A stretch of 64,000 bases of DNA from a virus: the IMG/VR virus record IMGVR_UViG_3300021086_000001; one strand, written 5' to 3'. Below are positions 53,094 through 62,441 of the stretch, in pieces. The notes under the pieces are model-generated. The model ran no database searches. It was not told where the DNA came from and was given only the letters and a program-made list of their open reading frames with translations. The position numbers and the translations under genes are program-made. Each line of letters opens with the position of its first letter. The first letter of the stretch is position 1.

Positions 53094-53867
53094 ATGAATG
53101 AAATAGCAAAAGACATAGGCAGTACCCTAGCAAAGGCCTGGTTTGCCTACGGGCAAATGGAAGGAAGTGCTGTACCACGCTCCGAATTCATGGAATATGG
53201 GAAGCTTGTCTCGAAAATGGTAATTGAGGATGAGGGAGAGCAAGACCGTAAGGATTTCCTCAAAGGATGGGAGCAAGGATGGGAGGACAGCACGCTTCTA
53301 GACGAACTCCTCTCTCAAGACGATCCTATCCTAGCAGAGTGTACCCGTCTCGCAGATCGTCGCATGCTAGTAGTCGAGCGTCAAACATTCCGTAGAGCTC
53401 GATTAGGCATAGGATCTCTCAATGGCTGGGATGGTGGCTACGATGATGTGTGGGACTTCGATAGCCCTGAAGCCGCTCTAGAGGCTCTACAGACATGGCA
53501 ATCGGATACACCAGAACCGGATGGATGGATACGGCACTATGGCACAGGTCGTTATAGGATCAATGGGGACAAGAGTCTAGAGTGGGTGAAGGATGACGAT
53601 AGCATAGGGCTAGAGCAGAACATTGTAAAAGCTATCAAGTTCTCCAAAAGACAAGATTTCTTCATGGATAGTATTCAAGAGAACTCATTGCATATTGGGA
53701 GTGAGTTCCCAGCTCATAGTAAATGCTTCACCGTTGCCTCAAAAGGCGTTGTTAGGTGGCTGGTGTACCACTGTTGTGATAGAAGCGTTGTACTATCTGT
53801 AGAAGAAATGGAGACTATTAGTATAGGGAGTGTGATTGAAAGATTGAAAGGAGGAAAGAGCGGTTGA
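53094..53867 (+). CDS. hypothetical phage protein
   Basis: AAGGAGG RBS; GYDDVWDF...EPDGWIRH motif. Confidence 0.75.
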   Translation: MNEIAKDIGSTLAKAWFAYGQMEGSAVPRSEFMEYGKLVSKMVIEDEGEQDRKDFLKGWEQGWEDSTLLDELLSQDDPILAECTRLADRRMLVVERQTFRRARLGIGSLNGWDGGYDDVWDFDSPEAALEALQTWQSDTPEPDGWIRHYGTGRYRINGDKSLEWVKDDDSIGLEQNIVKAIKFSKRQDFFMDSIQENSLHIGSEFPAHSKCFTVASKGVVRWLVYHCCDRSVVLSVEEMETISIGSVIERLKGGKSG

Positions 53868-53964
53868 ACTGGTTTCTCGGGACTACCTGCACCATAGCAG
53901 CTCTTGTGCTAGTAGGTGCTGGATTGTTGATAAGGTGGTATTACAAGGATGGAGGAAAGAAGGA

Positions 53965-54171
53965 ATGAGTTATACATATAAAGTTACTGAGTATAACAAG
54001 AGGGTTTGCCTCAATGTAATAACAGACACATGGGATAGCGATGGCATCAAGACTCAATATTATGCGTATATCCCACTTAGTGACATTCAAAGTGCTATAG
54101 ATACCTACAATGGACGAAACGAAACCCCCGATCCTGTTTCGTTCGGGGATGAGAAACGAAACGAGCTATAA
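53965..54171 (+). CDS. hypothetical protein
   Basis: RBS before MSYTYK. Confidence 0.55.
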   Translation: MSYTYKVTEYNKRVCLNVITDTWDSDGIKTQYYAYIPLSDIQSAIDTYNGRNETPDPVSFGDEKRNEL

Positions 54172-54175
54172 CGCA

Positions 54176-54213
54176 AAGAAGCCCGGCACTATCTCTAGGC
54201 TGGGCTTCTTTGT
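54176..54213. terminator. terminator between convergent operons
   Basis: AAGAAGCCCGG/CTGGGCTTCTT stem. Confidence 0.7.
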
Positions 54214-54273
54214 TTCTCTGGTTCGTATCAATAGCATGGATGGAACTATTCTACCAGAACTGTCAAGCCACGA

Positions 54274-55163
54274 CTACTCTTCCTGCTCTTCCCCAAGTTC
54301 CGGCACAACGCTCACTCTCACCTTCAGACGATCTCCATCAAACCACCTCTTGTCGTGAGAGATAAGGTACTTACCCAATAATGGAGCCCACAGGCTGAAA
54401 ATGAGCCTCACTTGCTGTACTGTCCCTTCCATCCTCACTTCACGTACGATAGCAGGTAGATCCCCACTATGCGGTATGTGGCATGTTACCTTATCGCCCA
54501 CTGCCCACGCTGTGATGCTCTTTTCCTTGCTCATACAGTCACCTCACTGGCATTGCACTCAAACAACGGTATTTCACACTCATCGCCCTCACACTGCTCA
54601 TCCTCACTGGTTTCACCCTTAGATACTCGCACCAATAGTATCCCGTTGTTCCCCTGATACGAATACCCTTGCAATACATCATCGATGACATTGTAGCCGT
54701 ACTTTATCTTAGCACATCTAATGCTAAGCATACGATTGTCACCCCAAATTGCTATTGTTATCATCTTCGCTCCTCTCCAAATGCTTTAATCCATAATGGG
54801 TCACTCTTTTTATGTGCCACATGCGACACATTCTTTAAATGCTCTTCCATGCACTTTCTGCAATGCTCAACCCTACAAGCCGTGCATGAACACGTTGTTC
54901 TTTTCTTGCATCTGCAAATCATCTTTTTCTCCAAAGAGGCGGAGCCCGTGAGAGCCCCGCATGCTGCACTACTGTTCAACGCACTCTATGACGTAGAGAC
55001 CTATCGTCTCTTGTGCTTTGTTGACCGCTTCCTTGTAAGACGCGGCTTCCATGATCGCTGTGCCGTTTTGCATGCTCCACTCTTCTGTATCTTCGTTCCA
55101 CTCTCCAAACAGCATGTAAGTGATTTGTATGTATTCATTGCTTGATTCTCCTTTACTGAACAA
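54274..55163 (-). CDS. cluster of four small ORFs (54274-54534 SH3-like, 54531-54764, 54761-54979 Cys-rich, 54969-55163)
   Basis: ORF track; ATGA overlaps between the first three. Confidence 0.5.
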
Positions 55164-55385
55164 TTGTTCTAAATACGTATCTTCTACTCTACTATTCTTT
55201 TTGTGGGGCCAGATTGCAGCACTAACAATCTGGCCTTCTTCACTAACTCGCGGCGAGTACTAGCGGATAGCCCACTTGAGGCAACTCTCTATCCTCAGAT
55301 TGCTCTACAGGCTCTTGTTTGGGCTCTGCATGCTCACGCTGGATACGCCATAGTGCAATCTGTTCTAACCAAATGAGAAGCTCCA

Positions 55386-55595
55386 CTAGTGACCTCCTGA
55401 TAGCAAGTGCCAGATCTGCTGTGGCGCCATCCCAACACAGAGCAGAACAACCACAAGTGCGACCACAATAAACATCTCTTTCGAGCCAAGCCAGCCAGCG
55501 TGCTCTTTGGCCCCTACATGGGTAGCAAAGTAGATGAAGCCAAGGGCAAACGCCGCGAATGTGAAGAGGTTGAGCGGTAAACTAAGTAGCATCAT
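55386..55595 (-). CDS. small two-TM membrane protein
   Basis: two hydrophobic helices; RBS before MMLLSL. Confidence 0.6.
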   Translation of the reverse strand: MMLLSLPLNLFTFAAFALGFIYFATHVGAKEHAGWLGSKEMFIVVALVVVLLCVGMAPQQIWHLLSGGH

Positions 55596-55842
55596 TTTCT
55601 CCTTTGGGCTTCGCAGGCTTGTCCATCTGCTCAACAACGAGCTTTGCCGCTTCATCTTCCCCAACCTTCTCTGCGATCATCTCTTGAAGGACTCTCATCC
55701 TCTCCATCCGAGCCGTGATAAACTTGTGCTGTGTGGTCCCGTAGGCGAAGCTACGCAGGGCTCTATAGGCACTTTGGTACTCAGCTTCGAAACTTTCTAG
55801 AAGGGCTCCAATTTCGCTCTCATTGCGTTCTGGTGTGGTCAT
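55582..55842 (-). CDS. hypothetical protein
   Basis: ATGA coupling with the hydrolase gene. Confidence 0.65.
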   Translation of the reverse strand: MTTPERNESEIGALLESFEAEYQSAYRALRSFAYGTTQHKFITARMERMRVLQEMIAEKVGEDEAAKLVVEQMDKPAKPKGENDAT

Positions 55843-56450
55843 GATTGCCTCCAGGCCGCGACTGTAGCGTCAACATCACTGGCATACCCTGACGGGTCGT
55901 TGCCGTCTCCACTTGGGGCATACCTACCCATGATCTGGTCAGGGGTCGTGAGGCCAGCGCCCACATACAATGGCCCTGAAATCAGCTTGTAGAAGGCCGT
56001 GTAGCCCTCTTGCCACGAATTGAAGTAGGCATATCCGCCCACACACGCGGCACCCGGTATGCAGCGTAGATTTCCAAGGGATAGGCTATTTGCAGCTACC
56101 CCGAATTTTCCATAGTTCGACTCATGTTTGAATACGGCTGCTGCGAAGGCGTCATCCACGTTGTACTGCTGACTGAGGTCATGTAACGCTTGTCCAGATC
56201 CAGCGGCTGGACTACCAGCGTTGGCTAGGATCGTGTCCACTTGTGCCACGCTGAGTGACGGTCCTCCTACGACTGACGACCCGCTAGCTGGCACCATGCT
56301 CTGATGAGATGTGCTACCACCATTCCCAGAGGTGAGATATTGCCAAGCGTTCCCCCCCTTGGTACCAGGCCCTAGAGCTGCCATGACGACTAAGAGTGCG
56401 ATAGCAGCCACGGCTATAATACCGATCATTTCGCCGGATTTTGTATTCAA
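55839..56450 (-). CDS. membrane-anchored or secreted lysozyme-fold (glucosaminidase-like) hydrolase
   Basis: AAGGAG + TTG start, N-terminal hydrophobic helix, FKHESNYG, GYAYFNSWQEG, RYAP..D.N motifs. Confidence 0.75.
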   Translation of the reverse strand: MNTKSGEMIGIIAVAAIALLVVMAALGPGTKGGNAWQYLTSGNGGSTSHQSMVPASGSSVVGGPSLSVAQVDTILANAGSPAAGSGQALHDLSQQYNVDDAFAAAVFKHESNYGKFGVAANSLSLGNLRCIPGAACVGGYAYFNSWQEGYTAFYKLISGPLYVGAGLTTPDQIMGRYAPSGDGNDPSGYASDVDATVAAWRQS

Positions 56451-56818
56451 TGGGTAATCTCCTTGTGAAAAGGAGCCACTCTGTGTAAAATGGAAGCAGC
56501 TCCCTGTTCCGATGGTGAGTGAGGTGCTAGTGGTGTTAGTTTTCTCAGGACAGGCACCACTAGTTACCGCGAATAGTAACAACAAATGCTATAACCAGCA
56601 CTATACACATAACAACTGCAAAGATAGCAATATACGGGTTGTCAAAGCACAAGATACCGTATGGCGTACAAACGTCTGCTAGCATGGTTTCTCCTTTCTA
56701 TAATCCTTTGCTGCGAGAATATGTGGTTTTCCCACATGGACACCTAAACGTTACGGTTGTACGTGTTTCGCTTACTTTTTTGACTGGCTGTTTGCAAATT
56801 TGGCAAACAATTTTGTGC

Positions 56819-57025
56819 TCATGACCCATCGTTTTCCCTCCTAGCAGGCCCACGTCTTGAGATAGAGCCCCCAATCTTTCCAGCTTTACGAGCCCCTTCG
56901 CTATCCCACCTATAACACGTGCCCAACTCGTGAGCACGCTTGCCACCCTTGCTGGACACAGCACGCCGCTTTTCTGCGGACATAGAGGCAAACCCACGCC
57001 CTTTCCCTTTTTCTGAGATTGACAT
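56819..57025 (-). CDS. KGG-repeat general stress protein (YciG/Con-10-like)
   Basis: RGFASMSAEKRRAVSSKGGK...WDSEGARKAGKIGG. Confidence 0.85.
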   Translation of the reverse strand: MSISEKGKGRGFASMSAEKRRAVSSKGGKRAHELGTCYRWDSEGARKAGKIGGSISRRGPARRENDGS

Positions 57026-57037
57026 TCGATGCTCCTT

Positions 57038-57232
57038 TTATTCCCACTTTCGCTTCTGCCTGACAAACCAAATGGCTGCCACAACGTCGGCTATTACGCA
57101 GACAACCATAGCGGATGCTCCCATCCAATTGCGTGAATTCACGCTGACAATGAGAATGACCGCGCAATATACTGCTACTCCTAATAGGGCTATGTGCCAC
57201 TTGCCCCTAATCGCCGAAATGATACTCTTCAT
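57038..57232 (-). CDS. small two-TM protein
   Basis: two hydrophobic segments. Confidence 0.55.
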   Translation of the reverse strand: MKSIISAIRGKWHIALLGVAVYCAVILIVSVNSRNWMGASAMVVCVIADVVAAIWFVRQKRKWE

Positions 57233-57342
57233 TTAAAATGCCCCTTTCCGTTAATAAACAATTCGTATTCTTTTGTACACTAGCAGTTCCATTCGCCCAC
57301 TTGGAGCCGTTTAACCTCTGCTAGCTTGTAGTGCCTCTTACA

Positions 57343-57636
57343 CTACCTCATCAATTGAAATCCCTTTGAACTATACAAGTTACCTTTTGTCGAGAGATCC
57401 GTAATCACCGGGGCCTTTGCGATAATCTGCAATGACTCATGCCACTCATTCCAATTCGCATTGCCTACTGGTGTCGTGACTTGTGCTTTCTCTTCAAGGA
57501 TGAAGCGTGCGTCGCGTGAGATCCATTGATTGCGCTCTGCGAAGTTCTTTTCGTGCTTGCTGGCCCACACTAGATACTCTTTGGGGCACTCTGCTAATGT
57601 TTTGCCTTTGTAGCGACCTGTTTCAATGATTCTCAT
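57343..57636 (-). CDS. protein with a G(K/R)YKGK..E.P..YL.W motif (DUF3820-like)
   Basis: TGRYKGKTLAECPKEYLVW. Confidence 0.7.
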   Translation of the reverse strand: MRIIETGRYKGKTLAECPKEYLVWASKHEKNFAERNQWISRDARFILEEKAQVTTPVGNANWNEWHESLQIIAKAPVITDLSTKGNLYSSKGFQLMR

Positions 57637-57700
57637 TTGATGTTCCTTCGCTTTCGCTTTACGTTTTTGTTTTTGTTTTTGTTTCGCTTGGTATGTAAGA

Positions 57701-57784
57701 AGTATAGTTCATCTTACGTTAAATGTCAATGCTTTTTAACATGAATATTAACGTGTTGACAAAAAATCATTGGAAAGCTATACT
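57701..57784. promoter_or_regulatory. back-to-back sigma70 promoters
   Basis: minus: TTGACA(57729)-17-TATACT; plus: TTGACA(57756)-17-TATACT. Confidence 0.88.
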
Positions 57785-57830
57785 TAGCACGTTAGCGTTT
57801 TTGTTCAAATGAATTAATGGAGGTGCGTTA

Positions 57831-58067
57831 ATGGCACGACTGATTATCAAGGAGATTGCAGAGAAGCAAGGGCTGAACCAGTCTAGACTTCAAATCAAGG
57901 CGGGTGTTACCGCTCAGCTACTCAATAGGTATTGGAACAATAATACCGAGAGCGTAGCACTTAAGCAGTTAGATATGATTGCAAAAGCATTAGGAGTTAA
58001 TCCTGGAGATTTGATAATACCTGATGAGGTAAGCAAAAGTCAGGAAAAAGGGTCGGAAGCAGCCTAG
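57831..58067 (+). CDS. Cro/C1-type HTH regulator (paralogue B)
   Basis: LIIKEIAEKQGLNQ...LDMIAKALGV. Confidence 0.88.
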   Translation: MARLIIKEIAEKQGLNQSRLQIKAGVTAQLLNRYWNNNTESVALKQLDMIAKALGVNPGDLIIPDEVSKSQEKGSEAA

Positions 58068-58331
58068 CCCCAAGCTGACGGCCTTATTCTTGGCAGAACC
58101 CCGTCAGCTCTCAGGCTAAACCCACATTGAAGAAAGATGACACAACATGAGTGATAATCACATTATGCCCCTTAGCAAAACACACCATGTAGCACGCTGT
58201 CAAGGCTCTACATCATGTGAAGTTTCTAGAAATCAATATATAGCCAGTATACTTTATGCTTCAGCTAATTTTCAATACCCCATTAGTTCAGCAGGGGTTA
58301 TGATCTTGAGCGGCGTGGAGGAGGTGGCAAG

Positions 58332-59306
58332 GTGATCAAAAAGACGCAAGAGCCCAAACAGGACTTTGGATTCTATGCCTCGGTCCCACGCATTGTCAGG
58401 ACAAAATATAAAGATCTCTCACATGCTGAGAAGTGGCTTTATGTTTGCCTGAAAGACCTTTGTGGTGACAAAGGGACCTGCTTCCGTACTTTACGCGCCC
58501 TCTCAGAAGAGACTGATGTTTCAACGGGGTCTCTTTCAAAGATGATACCTCATCTTCATAAAGCTGGTCTTATCCATGCAGAGAAGAAACGGCGTTCTGC
58601 ATCCGGCAAAGAGGTCTGGCATATTAGCATTGTCGATATCTGGCAAGAGAATGCTAAGGGTTGTTCAGAAAATGAACAATCTACAGGTGAGGTTGTTCAG
58701 AAAATGAACAACGTTGTTCAGAAAATGAACGATAATCCCGAAGTTTGTTCAAAAAATGAACGAGATTGTTCAAATTTTGTTGACAGAAGAAAGAACACTG
58801 AAGAAAGAACAGTAATTGAAGAAAGAACAAAGGAAGAAAGAAAGAATGGCGACGTCCCTGCAAAGCAAAAGGCTTCGCATTCATCCACCCATTCTTCATC
58901 ATCTCATTCTCAATTTTCTTTTTCTCAGGAAACGAAACCAGAAGAAGTAGTCCTCTCCGAAGAAGAACAAGCCGTCTATGACTTTGGGAAGCAGACGATC
59001 TTCAAAGCCAAGCCACCATTCAAGACGGCCAAGCTTCAATGTGAATGTGCCGAAATTGCAAAACACGTAAAAACAGCAGAACAATTTCAGAGTCTTGTAC
59101 AGTTTGTACGTGCATTACCATACATTCAAGGACAAGTGCATCTCAAGAACTTAGTGAATGGGCTTGATGGATGGCTACAGACACAACAGCCTATTGAAAT
59201 ACCCACTACTCGCAAGTCCGGTGTAGCAATGTCCTCGTATGACGATGATGATTATGTTGATGATACGTTCTATCCAGTAAGAGAGGTCAAACATGCAACG
59301 CGCTAG
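58332..59306 (+). CDS. replication initiator (N-terminal winged HTH)
   Basis: LSHAEKWLYVCL...CFRTLRALSEET...LHKAGLI; internal iterons; upstream of the DnaC-like gene. Confidence 0.85.
   Translation: MIKKTQEPKQDFGFYASVPRIVRTKYKDLSHAEKWLYVCLKDLCGDKGTCFRTLRALSEETDVSTGSLSKMIPHLHKAGLIHAEKKRRSASGKEVWHISIVDIWQENAKGCSENEQSTGEVVQKMNNVVQKMNDNPEVCSKNERDCSNFVDRRKNTEERTVIEERTKEERKNGDVPAKQKASHSSTHSSSSHSQFSFSQETKPEEVVLSEEEQAVYDFGKQTIFKAKPPFKTAKLQCECAEIAKHVKTAEQFQSLVQFVRALPYIQGQVHLKNLVNGLDGWLQTQQPIEIPTTRKSGVAMSSYDDDDYVDDTFYPVREVKHATR
58660..58850 (+). repeat. lambda-type origin inside the initiator gene
   Basis: TTGTTCA(G/A)AAAATGAAC x4 (58661, 58693, 58714, 58745), then GAAGAAAGAA repeats. Confidence 0.85.
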
Positions 59307-60177
59307 TGATATTCTTGGTGGGATGCAACTCCCCCGTCCAGCAAGCAACGTTATCCCTATGCAGCGACCAACAAGGCCAGTTGTGCCACCTCCTGTCCGC
59401 ATTGTCGATGAGGCGATATGCTCTGTGTGTAAGAATGTGGGAAGGACGCGAAGTAGTGAGTTTGGTGCTCACACTGGCTTTAAGAGCATTGAAGTACCTT
59501 GCCCACGTTGTGCGCCCCGTCGTCGTGCTTTGAGTGCTGCAACACGTCAGGCGCAATTGGTAGAGCGTGTCTTTGGTGGCTCCCAAATTCCCTACCGAGC
59601 AAGAGATTGGGATTTTGCAACGTTCCCAGCTGAGGGAGACCAAGACGCGAAGGCCACAGTTGAGCAGTATGTTGATGCTCATAAGGCTGGCAAGGATGAG
59701 CGGACCAAACGAGGCCTGTTTATCGCTGGCAAGCTTGGAAGAGGCAAGACAGGCTTAGCTATTTGTGCCCTCAAAGAGTTTATTGAAGCAGGGCAGCTCT
59801 CACTCTTTGTGTCAGTCCCTGATCTCATGGATAGATTACGAGCAGCGGCTTTTAGCAAGGATGCTGATGAGAGTCCTGACGAGCTGCTCAAAGCGGTTAC
59901 GGATGTGCCGTTTCTGGCATTCGATGACTTGGGTGTCGAGAAACCGACCGCATACGTCCTTGAGAAGTTCTATCTCATCATTGACAAGAGGCTTAGCAGA
60001 GGGCTCTATACATTGTTTACATCCAACCTTAGCACCAAGGACCTAGAGGCCTATTGGCGGCCCCCTGGTGTACAAGATGGTGTGTTTCATCCAGGACAGC
60101 GAATTGTCGAGAGGATACGCGAGTATTGCGGAGGCGTGAGTATACGAGGTGGCAATTTGCGAGACGCTGGATGGTAG
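59293..60177 (+). CDS. DnaC/IstB-like helicase loader ATPase
   Basis: CxxC...CxxC, GKLGRGKT, LAFDDLG, FTSNL. Confidence 0.9.
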   Translation: MQRASDILGGMQLPRPASNVIPMQRPTRPVVPPPVRIVDEAICSVCKNVGRTRSSEFGAHTGFKSIEVPCPRCAPRRRALSAATRQAQLVERVFGGSQIPYRARDWDFATFPAEGDQDAKATVEQYVDAHKAGKDERTKRGLFIAGKLGRGKTGLAICALKEFIEAGQLSLFVSVPDLMDRLRAAAFSKDADESPDELLKAVTDVPFLAFDDLGVEKPTAYVLEKFYLIIDKRLSRGLYTLFTSNLSTKDLEAYWRPPGVQDGVFHPGQRIVERIREYCGGVSIRGGNLRDAGW

Positions 60178-60308
60178 TTAGCAAGCAGAAGGAGAAACTC
60201 ATGAGATGGTGGATCATACCATTCGCTATTATAGTATTTTTTGTATTGTATAGCGTGTCTTATGCTATATTGACTTCTATTCATCATTAGAAAGCAAAAG
60301 GAGAAACC

Positions 60309-60506
60309 ATGTCTGAACCAATAAGCAAACCTGTCCTCGTAGGAAGAGACGGCCAGGATAAGACGTTTATCAAGTGTGATTATGGATACGCCCTCATCAT
60401 GCGAATATACGAAGATGGGAATTTAGCTCAATTATCGCTGGATGCAGATGAGATGGATAAGATATGCGAGACGTGGCTAGCTTATAGAGCAAAAGGAGAA
60501 AACTAA
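60309..60506 (+). CDS. hypothetical protein
   Basis: AAGGAG RBS. Confidence 0.6.
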   Translation: MSEPISKPVLVGRDGQDKTFIKCDYGYALIMRIYEDGNLAQLSLDADEMDKICETWLAYRAKGEN

Positions 60507-61012
60507 TGTCAGGGATTGAAATCAAGAAATATCGATTAATTCTGTTTGACGTAGATGGAACTTTAGTTGAAACGAAAAGCGGCGCAACGTTTCGTAAATC
60601 TGCTGATGACTGGCAATACTTGCCTAAACGAGTTGAGAAGTGCCAAGAATTGTGGGCGAAAGGAGTCAAGATAGCACTAGCAACAAATCAAGGCGGTGTG
60701 GCTTTTGGATATCTAGATTATCAGCAGATGAGAGTTGAACTAGAAAAGACAGCACAAGGCGTTCATGCAGCTCTCACCCTCATCTGCTTTACTCATCCCA
60801 AAGCAACCATTGAAGAATTTAGACGTGATAGCGATAGACGCAAACCAGGCCCTGGAATGTTGCTAGAAGCTATTAAAATGTCTGGTGAGTCTAGGGAAGA
60901 TACTTTAATGGTGGGCGATAGGGAAGAAGACAAATTAGCTGCTGAAGCGGCGGGTTGTTCATTCCAATGGGCTTGGGAGTACTTTGGTGAGGACAAGCCG
61001 ATAATTGTCTAG
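60506..61012 (+). CDS. HAD-IIIA phosphatase, PNKP 3'-phosphatase-like
   Basis: FDVDGTLVETKSG...DDW, TNQGG, RKPGPGM, VGD. Confidence 0.85.
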   Translation: MSGIEIKKYRLILFDVDGTLVETKSGATFRKSADDWQYLPKRVEKCQELWAKGVKIALATNQGGVAFGYLDYQQMRVELEKTAQGVHAALTLICFTHPKATIEEFRRDSDRRKPGPGMLLEAIKMSGESREDTLMVGDREEDKLAAEAAGCSFQWAWEYFGEDKPIIV

Positions 61013-61030
61013 ACAGCGAGTCCAAGACAA

Positions 61031-61065
61031 GAGAGGCAATCGAGTAGTGTTGCCTCTCTCTTTTT
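61031..61065 (+). terminator. intrinsic terminator
   Basis: GAGAGGCAA/TTGCCTCTC + T run. Confidence 0.75.
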
Positions 61066-61250
61066 GCTCATACTCCGTACACAGAGAAATGCATACCACA
61101 CAAAAATACACTAAAGAGGACAATGATAGCTAGGATGACAATAATGATGTTGAATCGTTTCATGTAGATAGATACGAGTGGAGATAAAAAAGGTGACAGA
61201 ACGAGATTTACACAAGAGGGAAGGCTCTATAACCGTCCCTCTTTTTGCTA

Positions 61251-61568
61251 TTACTGACTTGCTTTTCTTGCCAGCCATCTGTTGACGACTGTCTGCACTT
61301 CAGCTTCGAATTGTGGGCGCTCTTGTGGTGATAGCATACCTAGCAAGAGCTGGAGATTGGGCACGTTGAGGGCTGGGGCTTGTGTTTGCTGCCCTCCTCG
61401 TTCGTAGATGACGTTGAGTCTGCCTTGACCTATTTCAGTTGCACTCACCACGTACCACCCATCTTTCGCCATTTTCTTCTGGTCGCTGAAATAGATATCA
61501 GAGGCTTTTGCCATGAGCACGTTTCCATACATCTTGGTTTTTCGTTCCGGTTGGGTCATGTGGAGCAT
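61251..61568 (-). CDS. hypothetical protein
   Basis: ORF track. Confidence 0.55.
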   Translation of the reverse strand: MLHMTQPERKTKMYGNVLMAKASDIYFSDQKKMAKDGWYVVSATEIGQGRLNVIYERGGQQTQAPALNVPNLQLLLGMLSPQERPQFEAEVQTVVNRWLARKASQ

Positions 61569-61735
61569 CCTTTCGTTTCGACTCAGTGTATAGCCGCTGC
61601 ACTCGCATAGGTAGCAGCCGCGAAAAGCGCGATGATCAAGATAAAAGCAAGGGTTGCAGCTATTTTCTTTCCGTGCATAGAAATCAAAACGAGCGAGACA
61701 GGAGAAAATAACAGGAACGGATGTTACACAAGAGG

Positions 61736-62329
61736 CTACTGTATCTTGCCGTGCCTCTTGAGCACTTCAATCGCTTTCTCTTGATCCTCAGGTGTGAAGT
61801 AGGTCAAGGTGTACCCTGCGCGTGTTGGATGTGGAATTCTTGTCATGGGGAGAGCCGCTCCGAAGATACCACGCTGGATATAGGCATCCATGTCGATCTT
61901 CTCAATGGCATGCTGCTTTCTGAATTGTGTGGATGTGAGCGTGCCTGTGGGCAAATCGCTAGGGATAGTGCTGCTTGGGATTGTAGTGGGTTTCTGAGGG
62001 CTTTGCTGTGGTTGGTAGGTATCTTTAGTAGTCGGGACAGTAGAGGGCTCTGTAGGGACAGGTAGCGATGGTTGTACTGACTCTAACGTCTGGACCTTTT
62101 CTTCTAGTGTCTGGACTCGCAAAGTAAGCAATTCCAATTCTTGTAGCACGTCCGTACTCTGTCTGGACTTTGCTAAAGTAAGTACTTGTTTCAACTTCTC
62201 AACTTGATCCTCTGCGATATCAAGCTCTTGGGCGTGCTTGTGCGTAGCTGAGATAGTGCCTCTTGCAATGTGCCTCAAGACTGTTTTACTTGAGCAACCT
62301 ATAGCTCTAGCGGCTTGTTCTGCATTCAA
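61736..62329 (-). CDS. HTH + coiled-coil DNA-binding protein
   Basis: MNAEQAARAIGCSSKTVLRHI. Confidence 0.75.
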   Translation of the reverse strand: MNAEQAARAIGCSSKTVLRHIARGTISATHKHAQELDIAEDQVEKLKQVLTLAKSRQSTDVLQELELLTLRVQTLEEKVQTLESVQPSLPVPTEPSTVPTTKDTYQPQQSPQKPTTIPSSTIPSDLPTGTLTSTQFRKQHAIEKIDMDAYIQRGIFGAALPMTRIPHPTRAGYTLTYFTPEDQEKAIEVLKRHGKIQ

Positions 62330-62397
62330 TGTCTCGACCTCGTTTCTTGTGATGTCGGGACTATTATCGAATTCCTAGCCAGCCGAGTCAAGACAGC

Positions 62398-62433
62398 AAA
62401 AAGCGACACGTCAGTAGCAGCGTGTCGCTTTTT
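62398..62433. terminator. bidirectional terminator
   Basis: AAAAAGCGACACG/CGTGTCGCTTTTT. Confidence 0.8.
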
Positions 62434-62441
62434 ATTCTGCC

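Noticed and set aside
55386-56450. Conjugation (T4SS) module
   Set aside because: Only a hydrolase and small TM proteins; no VirB4/VirD4 ATPase or relaxase.
57662-57684. TTTTTG tandem repeat
   Set aside because: Low-complexity leader sequence with no further support.
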